From an uncultured Nitrososphaerota archaeon (lineage in GTDB: Archaea; Thermoproteota; Nitrososphaeria; Nitrososphaerales; Gagatemarchaeaceae), in NCBI GenBank assembly GCA_963703285.1, contig OY969807.1, forward strand, positions 512,001-576,000: DNA of 64,000 bases, given 5' to 3'. The notes under the pieces are model-generated. The model saw only the letters and a list, made by a program, of their open reading frames with translations, did no database searches and was not told the DNA's origin. The number at the start of each line of letters is the position of its first letter. Position 1 is the stretch's first letter. The position numbers and the translations under genes were made by a program. Positions 1 through 9,614 of the stretch are shown here, piece by piece.

Positions 1-741
1 TACGCCCGTGACGTTGTATCCCATGCGGTAACTCACCCGTCGTGGCGGCGCCTCCATGAGATCGAGCGCGGCGCTTATGCAGTCCGGCATGTACATCATC
101 GGGAGCACCGTGTCCGCCCTGACGAAGCTTGTGTATCGGCCGTCCCTTATGGCGGCGTAGAATATCTCGACCGCGTAGTCAGTCGTGCCGCCTCCGGGGG
201 GCGTCTCACTGCTTATGATGCCAGGGTACCTCACGCTCCTCACGTCGACGCCGAGGTTGTCGTGATAGTACTTGCAGAGGAGCTCTCCCGCGACCTTGGT
301 GGTCCCGTACATCGTGCGCGGGATCAGGACCGCATCCTGTGGCGCGCTGTCCCTGGGGACCCCTTCGCCGAACACCGCGACGGAGCTCGGCCAGAAGACC
401 CTCAACCCCATCTTCGCCGAGAGCTTGAGCACGTTCCGCAGCCCCTCGACGTTCACGCGCCACGCGAGCTCGGGGTTCTCCTCCCCCACCGCAGAGAGGA
501 CCCCCGCGAGGTGGTAGATTGTGCCGACGCGGTGCTTCCTCACGGCCTCCCCTAGCGCAGATGCGTCCGTGACATCGAGATGGTCCGATGGCCCGTCCCC
601 GAGCGTACGGGCGGGTCGTTGGGGGAAGAATCCAGCGACCACCCGCTCCCTCCCGTACCTCCTGCGAAGTTCGACCGTCAGCTCGGAGCCGATCTGCCCG
701 GTCGATCCCGTGACGAGGATGTTCGTGCTCCTTCTGGGCAA
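1..741 (-). CDS. NAD-dependent epimerase/SDR-type L-threonine 3-dehydrogenase-like protein (3' end outside window)
   Basis: Manual translation from TTG 741: ILVTGSTGQIG (Rossmann), HLAGVLSA, PSS, MYGTTK (YxxxK), RYPGIIS, PGGGTTDYA, LPMMYMPDC, typical of SDR threonine dehydrogenases. Absent from the ORF track because it runs off the window edge. Confidence 0.85.
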   Translation of the reverse strand, partial: MPRRSTNILVTGSTGQIGSELTVELRRRYGRERVVAGFFPQRPARTLGDGPSDHLDVTDASALGEAVRKHRVGTIYHLAGVLSAVGEENPELAWRVNVEGLRNVLKLSAKMGLRVFWPSSVAVFGEGVPRDSAPQDAVLIPRTMYGTTKVAGELLCKYYHDNLGVDVRSVRYPGIISSETPPGGGTTDYAVEIFYAAIRDGRYTSFVRADTVLPMMYMPDCISAALDLMEAPPRRVSYRMGYNVTGV

Positions 742-921
742 CCGCGACGCGCCCTTCGGCGCATTATGTAAGCCTTGAAGCGCCTCCTCGGGGGATTTGG
801 GAAGAGCTAGGAGAACGACGAACGTCCGGCAGTCGTTGGTACACGCGGGGTGCTGTTTGTTGGAAGAGCGCCGCACGCAGGCTTGAACGCTTAAATATCT
901 GCCCGGAGCGGCTGAACAATT

Positions 922-1236
922 ATGGCACTAACTGATCCACTGCAATGGGTGGTCATCGCAGTTGTGGCAATCGTCTTCCTGATGTACGGGCCGAAGAAGA
1001 TTCCCGAACTGGCAAGGTCTATCGGCTTGGCTAGGAAGGAGTTCAACGACGCCTCGAAGGTCGCGGCAGGGGACGTGCCTCTGGTAAGCACCGCGGCAGC
1101 GGCAACCACAGCGCCCGCCATCGCCTCCACGGGGGACACCCTCATCGACACGGCAAAGCGGTTGGGCATCTCCACCGAGGGCAAGACGCGGGACCAGATT
1201 TCGTCAGAGATAGTCGCGAAAGCACATAGCAGCTAG
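922..1236 (+). CDS. tatA: Sec-independent translocase TatA/E subunit
   Basis: N-terminal TM then YGPKKIPELARSIG..KEF; TATA-like CTTAAATA at 890-897. Confidence 0.93.
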   Translation: MALTDPLQWVVIAVVAIVFLMYGPKKIPELARSIGLARKEFNDASKVAAGDVPLVSTAAAATTAPAIASTGDTLIDTAKRLGISTEGKTRDQISSEIVAKAHSS

Positions 1237-1391
1237 GGACGTATCCTTAGCTTCTTAGGCTGCTGGAAGCTTCTCCTGAAACGAAGTCCGTACGGTAGGT
1301 CTTGCAACGCCGACCCAGATTCGGGTTAGTCTCTCTCCTTGGGACCCTCCCCCATTTTAAATATGCCAAGGGGCGATCGCAGCCCCACCCA

Positions 1392-1790
1392 ATGTCAACG
1401 CCTCCGAACGTCTCAGAGAACGACTACAACTCTCCCGGCTTCTGGAGCGAGAAGCCCGAGTCCTGGCACGACTTCATGCCGGGCGTCAGAAGGCGGATTC
1501 TCATGAACACCTCGGCGGCGACGGGGACGCTCTACAAGCTCGACGGCGGGGCGGAGGTGCCCCTCCACTCGCACCCCCAAGCCCAGTACGGCGTCTGCAT
1601 CGAGGGGAGCGGAGTCTTCAGCGTGGGAGACAAGACCTGGAGGATGAAGAAGGGCGACTCGTACTACATCCCGCCCTCAGTGACGCACGGTCTCAGGATT
1701 GACGTGGGAGGCGACGCCACCCTAGTCGAGTTCTTCACCCCGATGCGAAGGGACTTCCTCAGGGAGACGCAGCCACCCGACGGACCGTGA
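1392..1790 (+). CDS. Cupin domain protein
   Basis: PLHSHPQAQ...IEG and GDSYYIPPSVTH cupin motifs. Start moved to ATG 1392, downstream of TTTTAAATA (1355). Confidence 0.85.
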   Translation: MSTPPNVSENDYNSPGFWSEKPESWHDFMPGVRRRILMNTSAATGTLYKLDGGAEVPLHSHPQAQYGVCIEGSGVFSVGDKTWRMKKGDSYYIPPSVTHGLRIDVGGDATLVEFFTPMRRDFLRETQPPDGP

Positions 1791-1795
1791 CCATC

Positions 1796-3604
1796 TCAGA
1801 CGTAGTCCAGGGCCTTCCTCGCGCCCGGCGAGGTCCTGTAGTCCTGGTATCGCAAAGGTTCGTCGCCCTCCGAGCGGGCCCACGACCGGAAGAGCGCCTT
1901 CTCTGCCTCGCCCGCGACCTCTTTCCTCTGGATCCTGTGCTCTAGAACCGGTCTGGCGCTGAGGCGCGCCTTCGTCTGGCGCATGAGACCCTCCCTTGCG
2001 AAGGTTACGGTGACCTCCGACCCCGGCGCCGCGTTCGCGACGCAGTACGACAGCCTCTGGCCGTCCATCCTCAGACCGTCGAGCGCGATGATCTCGTCGC
2101 CCGCGGAGAGGTCCGCCGCCTCTGCCGGGCTGTCGGAAAGCCTGCTCACGACCGTAAGCCCGCGGATGGAGCTGACCTTCAAGCCAAGGAAGCCCTCGGG
2201 GTTCTCCGTAGGCTTCTTCGGCTGCAGGGTCAGCCCGGCGTATCCCAGGTATCGCCCGAAGTCGATCGAGTCCCTCCCCCTGACGAACCTCTCGAATATC
2301 TCGTCTGTGGCTCCTCCCGACGCCTTCGAGCACGCGGCCTGGAACTCCATATCGGTGAAGCCCCTGCTCCTCTTGAAGGTCTCGCGATAGACCTCGCGCA
2401 TGGCGTAATCGAGGCTCTTCTCCGAGGACGAGCTCCTCCTTATCTCCAGGTCGAGGATGGTACCCAGAGCCGAGCCCTGCCTGTAGTATGATGGCGAGAC
2501 GTTCGGCGAGTTCTCGTCCTCCCTGTAGAACTTGATCCAGGTGTCGAAGCTGGACTCCTCCGGGCTCAGGCGCCTGCTCGACGGAAGTGCCATCAGCGGG
2601 TCTATCTCCTCGCAGACCAGGTCGAGGAACTCGGGGACGGAGATCAGGTTGGCCCTTCTTAGAATCAGGTTGTCGTAGTAGCTGGTGATGCCTTCGGAGA
2701 TCCAGAGCGACCTGGTGTAGTTCTCTCGGGAGTAGTCGAAGGGTCCGAGCGCCTCCGGCCGCATCCTCTTCACGTTCCAGGCGTGGAAGAACTCGTGGCT
2801 GAAGAGCGAGAGCATCTTCCTGTACTCGGGCGGAGAGGAGGCCGAGAGGTAGCTTGCAATGCAGAGTGTGCTGTTCAGGTGCTCGAGCCCCCCGAATCCG
2901 TCGTCCGTGAAGTCGATCATGAAGAGGTACCGTGCGTACGGGATCTCCCCGAAGACGGGAGCGGTGGCCGCGACTATCTTCCTGAGGTCCTCCGTGAGGC
3001 GCGCTTCGTCGATGGACCTCGGCGCGTATATGGCCACCTGGTGCTCGACGCCGTCCACCTCGAAGGACCGAACGTGCTGGTTACCCGCCTCGATCGGGGA
3101 GTCGACCAGGACATCGTAGTCGGGCGCCTCGAAGACCCAGCCAGGCTCGTCGCGCCGGACCAGACCGGTAGAGACCACCTTCCATGATGCGGGGGGGACG
3201 ACCTCGACGGTGAGGGGCTCACGCTCGTGCCCCACCACGAACAGGAAGACGCTCGCGCCGTTGACGATTGCGTGGTCGACGTCGAGATAGCTCTGGCTCG
3301 TCTCGTGCCTGAAGGCGTACACCCGGTAGGTCACCTCGAGCACGTCCGACCCCTGGGTCGAGACGGACCAACGGTCCTTCGCGCTCTTCACAGCGGTCAG
3401 GGGTCTGCCCGCCCCGTCGACGGCCGCGAGGTCTATCACGTTGCGGGAGAACTCCCGGACCAGATACGAACCGGGCGTCCAGACGGGCATCGCGAGGGCG
3501 ACGTCCGCGCCGAGGGACGGCGGCTCCATATCCTCTATCCTCATCCAGACCGTGAAATAGTGGGTCCACGGCTGTTCCATCCGGACCTTGTAACGCGTCT
3601 TCAT
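1796..3604 (-). CDS. M61 family glycyl aminopeptidase with C-terminal PDZ domain
   Basis: MPVWTPGSY, GGLEH, SHEFFHAWNVKR (HEXXH), LWISEGITSYY, PDZ-like SPAEAADLSAGDEIIALDG. Confidence 0.93.
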   Translation of the reverse strand: MKTRYKVRMEQPWTHYFTVWMRIEDMEPPSLGADVALAMPVWTPGSYLVREFSRNVIDLAAVDGAGRPLTAVKSAKDRWSVSTQGSDVLEVTYRVYAFRHETSQSYLDVDHAIVNGASVFLFVVGHEREPLTVEVVPPASWKVVSTGLVRRDEPGWVFEAPDYDVLVDSPIEAGNQHVRSFEVDGVEHQVAIYAPRSIDEARLTEDLRKIVAATAPVFGEIPYARYLFMIDFTDDGFGGLEHLNSTLCIASYLSASSPPEYRKMLSLFSHEFFHAWNVKRMRPEALGPFDYSRENYTRSLWISEGITSYYDNLILRRANLISVPEFLDLVCEEIDPLMALPSSRRLSPEESSFDTWIKFYREDENSPNVSPSYYRQGSALGTILDLEIRRSSSSEKSLDYAMREVYRETFKRSRGFTDMEFQAACSKASGGATDEIFERFVRGRDSIDFGRYLGYAGLTLQPKKPTENPEGFLGLKVSSIRGLTVVSRLSDSPAEAADLSAGDEIIALDGLRMDGQRLSYCVANAAPGSEVTVTFAREGLMRQTKARLSARPVLEHRIQRKEVAGEAEKALFRSWARSEGDEPLRYQDYRTSPGARKALDYV

Positions 3605-3606
3605 CC

Positions 3607-5040
3607 TTAGGGTCGCCTGGGAGGGGGCCCTGCGGTATTTAGTCTGTCGAGCCGGAAGGCTCTGTGGATCGCCCTGACCGCCTCCTTCCCATCGGATTCG
3701 TGGACGACGAACGAGATGTTCTGCTCCGAGGAGCCCTGGGCTATCATCCTGACGTTGATGCCGCTCGCCGCGACGGCGCCAAAGACCTTGGATGCTATCC
3801 CCTTGACCCCCCTCATGCCGCCGCCGACGACCGCGACCGCGCTGACGTCGTCCTCGTAGTTCACCTGCTTCAGCCCTCCCTCTCCGAGCATCGAGAGTTC
3901 CAGGGCGTTTACCGCCCTCTGGATCCCCTGCCTGCTCACCACCATGCTGATGTTCGACTCGGAGACGCTCTGCGAGATCATCAAGATGTTTGTCCCGCTC
4001 TTCGCGACGATCTCGAAGATCCTTGCGGCAGACCCGGGGCGCCCCACCATGCTGGCGCCGGTGAGAGTGATTATCGCCACCCCCTTGACGAGCGCGACCG
4101 ACTTCACTATGTTCCGCGGGTACGCTCTCGGGTCGCGCCTGACGACCGTGCCCGGCTGGTCTGGCCTGAAGGTGTTCTTGAAGCGGACGGGGATTCCCTT
4201 CTCGGCCACGGGCTCCAGCGTCCTAGGGTGCAGCGCCTTCGCCCCGAAGACGGCCATCTCGCCCGCCTCGGCGTAGGATACCTCGCTCAGGACCCTGGCA
4301 TCGGGTACCGTCTTGGGGTCGGCCGTCATCAGCCCGTCGACGTCGCTCCAGATCCACACCTCGTCGGCTCCGATGGAGGAGGCGATGAGCGTGGCCGTGA
4401 GGTCGGAACCCCCCCGCCCGAAGGTTGTGACCTCGCCTCCCTGCGTCGCACCGATGTACCCCGTGATGACAGGCACCTTCCCGTCGGCCAGGAGGGGCGC
4501 CAGCCTCTCGCCGACCTGGTACCTCGTCATCTCCATGAGGGGCGCCGCGTCGCCGAACCGGTCGTCGGTCATTATCCCGCACTCGCCGCCGGTCATGTAG
4601 ACCGATTCGACGCCCCGCTCGAGGAGCGCCCCCCACACGATGGGGTTGGAGAGCCTCTCCCCACAGGAGAGGATGCTGTCCCTCGACCTGGGGGTTACCT
4701 CGCGCAGGATGGTGGAGGCGAAGGCCAGCTTCTCCAGCTGCCCGAGCGTCTCCTCCATCCTCCGCCTCACCTTCGCCACCGTCGCGGACGACCTTACCGC
4801 GGCCTTCAGCGCCGCCTCGTGACTCTCCCTGATTGCAATCAGCCTGGCTTCGACGAGCTCCTCCGAGCCCGACCTCGCGTCCTCGGCGAGGGCTATGAGG
4901 TGGTCGGTCACGTCCCCCATCCCGGAACAGACCACGACTATGCTGTTCCCTTCGGAGAACCTGGCCGCGAGCCTCGCGACCTCCCCAATCCTCCTGCCGT
5001 CGGCGACGGACGAGCCGCCGAACTTCATGACGACCTTCAT
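3607..5040 (-). CDS. lysC: Aspartate kinase
   Basis: [33 protein letters not shown], two ACT domains. Confidence 0.96.
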   Translation of the reverse strand: MKVVMKFGGSSVADGRRIGEVARLAARFSEGNSIVVVCSGMGDVTDHLIALAEDARSGSEELVEARLIAIRESHEAALKAAVRSSATVAKVRRRMEETLGQLEKLAFASTILREVTPRSRDSILSCGERLSNPIVWGALLERGVESVYMTGGECGIMTDDRFGDAAPLMEMTRYQVGERLAPLLADGKVPVITGYIGATQGGEVTTFGRGGSDLTATLIASSIGADEVWIWSDVDGLMTADPKTVPDARVLSEVSYAEAGEMAVFGAKALHPRTLEPVAEKGIPVRFKNTFRPDQPGTVVRRDPRAYPRNIVKSVALVKGVAIITLTGASMVGRPGSAARIFEIVAKSGTNILMISQSVSESNISMVVSRQGIQRAVNALELSMLGEGGLKQVNYEDDVSAVAVVGGGMRGVKGIASKVFGAVAASGINVRMIAQGSSEQNISFVVHESDGKEAVRAIHRAFRLDRLNTAGPPPRRP

Positions 5041-6050
5041 TGCGTCCCTCCCCCGCCGAGGCGACCGCGTATTTCAATCAGGTCTCTCAGGAGCGAGGAG
5101 GCCGTCTCGGGGCCGCCGGCGCCCTTCCCCACTATAACCTTCGGGCCCGAGTACCTGCAGTGGAACTTCACCGCGTTGTAGGGGCCGCTTATGCAGAGGG
5201 GGTCGTCCCTCGGTATGGCAAGCGGTGCGACGGAGAGGTCGCCGTCTGCGGTTGCGATCAGCCTCACCGCGGCGCCTTTCGCTGCCGCGCGGGCTAGCTC
5301 CCCGGGCGAGATCTGCCCTATGCCCCGCACCTTGACCTCCCTGGCCGTCTTCCTGCTGAGGTTCAGGTGGTTGGCGATTATCGCGAGCTTCACGGCGCTG
5401 TCGAACCCGTTGATGTCGAGGGACGGGTCCGTCTCGGCGTACCCCTCCGCCTGCGCCAGGGAGAGCGCCTGCTCGAAGCCGAGCCCGTCCTGCTCCATCT
5501 TCGTCAGTATGAAGTTGCACGTCCCGTTGAGTATTCCCGTGACGCTCGTGATCTCGTCGCCGATCGAGCAGGTCCTCCCGAAGTCGAGTATGGGCGTCCC
5601 TCCGCCCACGGCTCCGCTGTACCTGAACTGCACCGAGTTGTGACGGGCGAGCTCCCTGAGCGCGTGGAAGGCGACTCCCAGCGGGCCCTTGTTGCAGGTG
5701 ATGACGCTCTTCTTCGAGACGAAAGCGGCCTTGATGTGCCCGAGACCGGGCTCTCCGGTCCTGAAGTCCGTCGGCGTCGTCTCGACCATCACGTCCGCTT
5801 CGGTCTGGCCGATTATCTGGGCGGTGGTCCGGGCGCCAAGGCCCGAACGGACATGACCCTCCCTCTTCTTGAGCCTTATCGCCCTCGCGAGGTCTAGGCC
5901 GCGCTCGTCCGTCACCGAGCCGGTACTGTCCACGATGGCGACCACCCGGGGGACGAGGCCGTAGGTGGCGACGAGCTCCTTCTCCTTGCGGGCGAGCAGC
6001 GCGGCGAAACTCTGCCCCACCACGCCGAACCCAGCGAGGACGAGTCTCAC
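5037..6050 (-). CDS. hom: Homoserine dehydrogenase
   Basis: GFGVVG, NKGP, AVGGGTP, GILNGTCNFIL, GYAETDP, GAGGPETA; 4-bp overlap with lysC. Confidence 0.95.
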   Translation of the reverse strand: MRLVLAGFGVVGQSFAALLARKEKELVATYGLVPRVVAIVDSTGSVTDERGLDLARAIRLKKREGHVRSGLGARTTAQIIGQTEADVMVETTPTDFRTGEPGLGHIKAAFVSKKSVITCNKGPLGVAFHALRELARHNSVQFRYSGAVGGGTPILDFGRTCSIGDEITSVTGILNGTCNFILTKMEQDGLGFEQALSLAQAEGYAETDPSLDINGFDSAVKLAIIANHLNLSRKTAREVKVRGIGQISPGELARAAAKGAAVRLIATADGDLSVAPLAIPRDDPLCISGPYNAVKFHCRYSGPKVIVGKGAGGPETASSLLRDLIEIRGRLGGGGTQ

Positions 6051-6161
6051 ACTCGACCGGCCTCCGCTCCCGCATTTGAGGGTTTGGAAAAAGGGCGAAC
6101 TTTGGCCGGAGATCTCTTCTCAACATTAAATACCGATGACCTTGGGGGCTCGAACGCAAGC

Positions 6162-7373
6162 TTGTCCTACCGTTATCTCGAAAGGCTCGAGAACTCCGTC
6201 GCTCTTCACGAACAATGGAGGAACACGGAGTGTCTCAACATGATAGCGTCAGAGAACTTCGCGAGCCCCGAGGCGAGGCGGATGCTAACGACGGACTTCT
6301 GCAACCGCTACACGGCTTCAGACAAGTTCTACAGAGGCTCGAAGTACACCGACGAGGTCCAGGCGCTGGCCGAGGAGGTGGCGCGAAAGGTCTTCAACGC
6401 GAGGTTCGCTGACGTGCGCCCGCTCTCGGGGCACATCGCCGACATGGCGGTGATGCAGGGGCTCACGAAGCGCGGCAGCAAGGTGCTCTCGGTGGGTCTG
6501 GAGGACGGGGGCTACCAGGGGTTCTCCCAGTCCAGCCTCGGGGCGCTGTTCGGCGTCAAGGACCTCTACTTCCCGTACGACAAGGAAGAGGTCAACATCG
6601 ACGTCAGGGAGACCAAGAAGCTCGTCGCGGACGAGAAGCCCGACCTGATCGTGTTCGGCTCGAGTTTCATACCGTTTCCACACCCGGTGAAGGAGATCAC
6701 CGCCGCGGCAGACGATGCGGTCTGCGTCTACGACGGGTCCCACGTGATGGGGCTTCTCGCGGGCGGGGAATTCCAGGACCCGCTCAGAGAGGGTTGCTCC
6801 CTCCTCATGGGCTCGACGCACAAGAGCTTCCCCGGCCCCCAGGGAGGGATTATCCTCTCCAACAACGAGGAGGTCTTCAAGAGGGTGTCGGCCGACCTGT
6901 ACCCCATGATAGTCGACAACATCCACTGGAACAGGGTCGCGTCCCTGGCGCTGACGCTCATGGAGCTCCTCCAGTTCGGGAAGGCCTACTCGCAGGCCGT
7001 CATCAAGAACTCGCAGACCCTGGGGAAGGCGCTGGCGAAGAACGGCGTGATCGTGAGGGGCGCGTCGGGCGGCTACTCCAAGTCGCACCAGGTCCTCCTG
7101 GGCTACGAGAAGAACAAGAGCGCGTTCATAGGGAAGCGCCTGGAGGATGCGAACATCATCATCGACAATCTCGGCAGGGTAGGCACGAGCGAGGTGACGC
7201 GAATGGGGATGGGCCCTTCACAGATGGAGGAGATAGCCGAGTTGATCGCGACGGTGATCCACGGGAAGAAGCCGGCCGATGTCGTCAAGAAGAGGGTGCG
7301 GTCCCTCACCAAGGACTTCAGGACACCTCGATACGTGCTCAGGAGCGCGGCCGAGGCGACCGAGAAGGCCTGA
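6162..7373 (+). CDS. glyA: Serine hydroxymethyltransferase (archaeal type)
   Basis: LNMIASEN, YDGSHVMGL, GSTHKSFPGPQGG (PLP lysine), RVGTSEVTRMG. Start placed at TTG 6162 downstream of ATTAAATA. Confidence 0.95.
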   Translation: MSYRYLERLENSVALHEQWRNTECLNMIASENFASPEARRMLTTDFCNRYTASDKFYRGSKYTDEVQALAEEVARKVFNARFADVRPLSGHIADMAVMQGLTKRGSKVLSVGLEDGGYQGFSQSSLGALFGVKDLYFPYDKEEVNIDVRETKKLVADEKPDLIVFGSSFIPFPHPVKEITAAADDAVCVYDGSHVMGLLAGGEFQDPLREGCSLLMGSTHKSFPGPQGGIILSNNEEVFKRVSADLYPMIVDNIHWNRVASLALTLMELLQFGKAYSQAVIKNSQTLGKALAKNGVIVRGASGGYSKSHQVLLGYEKNKSAFIGKRLEDANIIIDNLGRVGTSEVTRMGMGPSQMEEIAELIATVIHGKKPADVVKKRVRSLTKDFRTPRYVLRSAAEATEKA

Positions 7374-7446
7374 CCGTCCACCGCGCGTCGCGCTCTCGCG
7401 CAGGAGCCCTCGACCCTAGTGCCGCAGTTCAGGGCGCGGGAGCGAC

Positions 7447-7483
7447 ATTCTCAAATGCGAGAATCATGTCCTGCCCTTATTTA
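7447..7483 (+). promoter_or_regulatory. Palindromic site ATTCTC-N6-GAGAAT plus TATA box of flavoprotein 1
   Basis: ATTCTCAAATGCGAGAAT (7447-7464), 12-nt gap, TTATTTA (7477). The same arrangement occurs at three other promoters. Confidence 0.7.
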
Positions 7484-7516
7484 CCCCTCGGCGGCCGTTG
7501 GCTTCAAGTGCTAACA

Positions 7517-9442
7517 TTGCCGGAAGACAAAAACGGAAATAAACTGTCCAGGAGACAGTTCGTAGGAGTCGCGGCCGGAGGAGCCGCGGCGGTTGGCGCA
7601 GGGGTACTCCTTGCGCCGAGGCTCGCCTCCGCGGCGCCAAGTGCTGCGCCCGCGGCATTGGCGGCCCAACAGCTAGCAGCTAACCAGCTACAGCCGACGG
7701 CGTCGAGCGGTATCCCCTCGTCTTGGGACTACCAGGCGGACGTCGTTGTGATAGGAGCCGGAGCTGCAGGGATGACCGCGGCCATCGCGGCCTTCGAGGC
7801 GGGAGCGTCCGTCCTGGTCGTAGAGATGAACTACGACATCGGCGGCCACGCCATAGTGTCGGGAGGCACGGTGGACATCGGAGGCGGAACGTCCGCCCAG
7901 ATCGCCTACAACATCTCCGACTCGCCGGCCCAGGTCTTCGCGGACCTGACCTTCCCAACCACGGTGGGCACCTCAGCGGCCAACGGCCCGAACACGGGTG
8001 TCAACTGGGGAACTCCGGCGGTCCAGCCTTCGTTCTGCTCGCCCTACCAAGACAGGGGAATGTGCTGGACGATAGCCCAGAACAGTGTAGCTACTTTCAA
8101 CTGGCTGCTCGCCAACGGAGTCCAGTTCTCGGACACGGCGGTGGCTAACACGCCGCCCGCGACTTCCCACTGGAACCCGGTGTCCGGCATCGCGAGGAGC
8201 AACGTCCCATACTGGAACGGAGCTACGAGCTTCACCGCGAGCGCGGCGGCTCCCGGAGGCGCGGGAGGGACCGCGCTCATGAGGCCGCTCGAGGCAAAGG
8301 CACGCGCGCTCGGCGTACAGTTCCTGCTGAACTTCAGGATGACCAGCATCATCCGGGAGCAGCCGTACGGAGGGAACGTGCTCGGTATCACAGCTGAGGC
8401 GACGGGCGGGAGATTCCTACCGGGACAGACGACCGCCCTCCAGCCATACCTCACCCAGGGCAACATCACCCTCGAGAACTCCGTCGTGAACCTACGCGCT
8501 AACAAGGCCGTGGTCGTCGCTACCGGAGGCTGCACGAGCAACGTGTCCGCTCGCAGGGAGTACGACCCGAGGCTCTTCGCGGTCTACGACGTGGCCGGTG
8601 AGCCATACTCGTACGCGACGGGCGACGGTGAGTACGCAGCTCGCAGGATCGGCGCCAAGCTCTGGGCCACGGGCAACATGGCCGCGGAGAGGGGCCAGAA
8701 CTTCGCAAAGCCCGGGTACATCGGCTGCCGCTACGGATATCCCAACCTGCACTGGTCCCCATCAAGCCCCATATTCGCGCTCGCAGGAGCGAGCGGTCTC
8801 AGCGTGAGCAACTGGGATGGAATCATCCAGGTGAACATGGCGGGCGTGAGGTTCGTCAACGAGAGCTCGACCGGATCGCCTGAGGCGTTCGCGTGGATAG
8901 ACGCAGCGATGTCCATCAACGCGGCCGCCGCGGCGCCTGACTTCGACGCCGGACCGATCTGGACCATCTTCGACTCTGCCGCCGTCTCGCGGGAGGGCTG
9001 GACTCTGGGTGCACCCAACACAGACCCGCTCTTCTTCTACGAGGCGAACGACCTTCCCACACTCGCGCAGCAGATCAACACCAACGCGTACCAGACAACG
9101 ACCATGAGCGGAGCCGCTCTGCAGGCGACCATCACCAGGTACAACACACTGGTAACGGCGGGAGCTGGCGACACCGACTTCGGGAAGTCGCCCTTCAAGA
9201 ACCAGATCAGCACACCGCCGTACTATGCGGCATTCTCGGCGCCGGTGGTGCACGACACCCTCACAGGAGTTCACATAAACACGAGCTCACAGGTGATGGA
9301 CCTCGACGACAACGTCATCCCCAGACTGTACGCAGCGGGGGAGGTCGCCGGCGGGATGTCGGCCCACGGGCTCTTCAAGTGCCACGTCTTCGGCCTGATA
9401 GCGGGCAGGAACGCGGCAGCGGAAGCGCCGTTCCTGGGCTAA
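7517..9442 (+). CDS. Tat-exported FAD-dependent oxidoreductase (flavocytochrome c / FAD_binding_2 family), copy 1
   Basis: TTG start; LSRRQFVG twin-arginine signal; DVVVIGAGAAG; VVATGG; TGDG; RFVNE; LYAAGE. The ORF-track start at 6794 is an over-extension into glyA. Confidence 0.9.
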   Translation: MPEDKNGNKLSRRQFVGVAAGGAAAVGAGVLLAPRLASAAPSAAPAALAAQQLAANQLQPTASSGIPSSWDYQADVVVIGAGAAGMTAAIAAFEAGASVLVVEMNYDIGGHAIVSGGTVDIGGGTSAQIAYNISDSPAQVFADLTFPTTVGTSAANGPNTGVNWGTPAVQPSFCSPYQDRGMCWTIAQNSVATFNWLLANGVQFSDTAVANTPPATSHWNPVSGIARSNVPYWNGATSFTASAAAPGGAGGTALMRPLEAKARALGVQFLLNFRMTSIIREQPYGGNVLGITAEATGGRFLPGQTTALQPYLTQGNITLENSVVNLRANKAVVVATGGCTSNVSARREYDPRLFAVYDVAGEPYSYATGDGEYAARRIGAKLWATGNMAAERGQNFAKPGYIGCRYGYPNLHWSPSSPIFALAGASGLSVSNWDGIIQVNMAGVRFVNESSTGSPEAFAWIDAAMSINAAAAAPDFDAGPIWTIFDSAAVSREGWTLGAPNTDPLFFYEANDLPTLAQQINTNAYQTTTMSGAALQATITRYNTLVTAGAGDTDFGKSPFKNQISTPPYYAAFSAPVVHDTLTGVHINTSSQVMDLDDNVIPRLYAAGEVAGGMSAHGLFKCHVFGLIAGRNAAAEAPFLG

Positions 9443-9452
9443 GGAAGATTGC

Positions 9453-9501
9453 GTGAGGCCGTGGGAAGAGCGTATCTTCCCGGGCCCCACAACGGTTTTT
9501 T
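9453..9501 (+). terminator. Hairpin plus T-tract after flavoprotein 1
   Basis: GTGAGGCC-GT-GGGAAGA / TCTTCCC-G-GGCCCCAC stem followed by TTTTTT (9496-9501). Confidence 0.55.
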
Positions 9502-9543
9502 CAACCGTCCTTCGCAGGCGTAGCGGAAGCTGGCCATGGTGCG

Positions 9544-9580
9544 ATTCTCAATTGTGAGAATGGTAGTCTGACCTTAATTA
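9544..9580 (+). promoter_or_regulatory. Palindromic site ATTCTC-N6-GAGAAT plus TATA box of flavoproteins 2/3
   Basis: ATTCTCAATTGTGAGAAT (9544-9561), 12-nt gap, TTAATTA (9574). Confidence 0.7.
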
Positions 9581-9614
9581 CCGCGCCGCAGCCATCGCGG
9601 CTAAGTGCATACAA

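Noticed and set aside
6794-7516. 882-aa ORF suggesting a long N-terminal extension of flavoprotein 1
   Set aside because: It overlaps glyA out of frame; the Tat signal, TATA box and paralog alignment place the start at 7517
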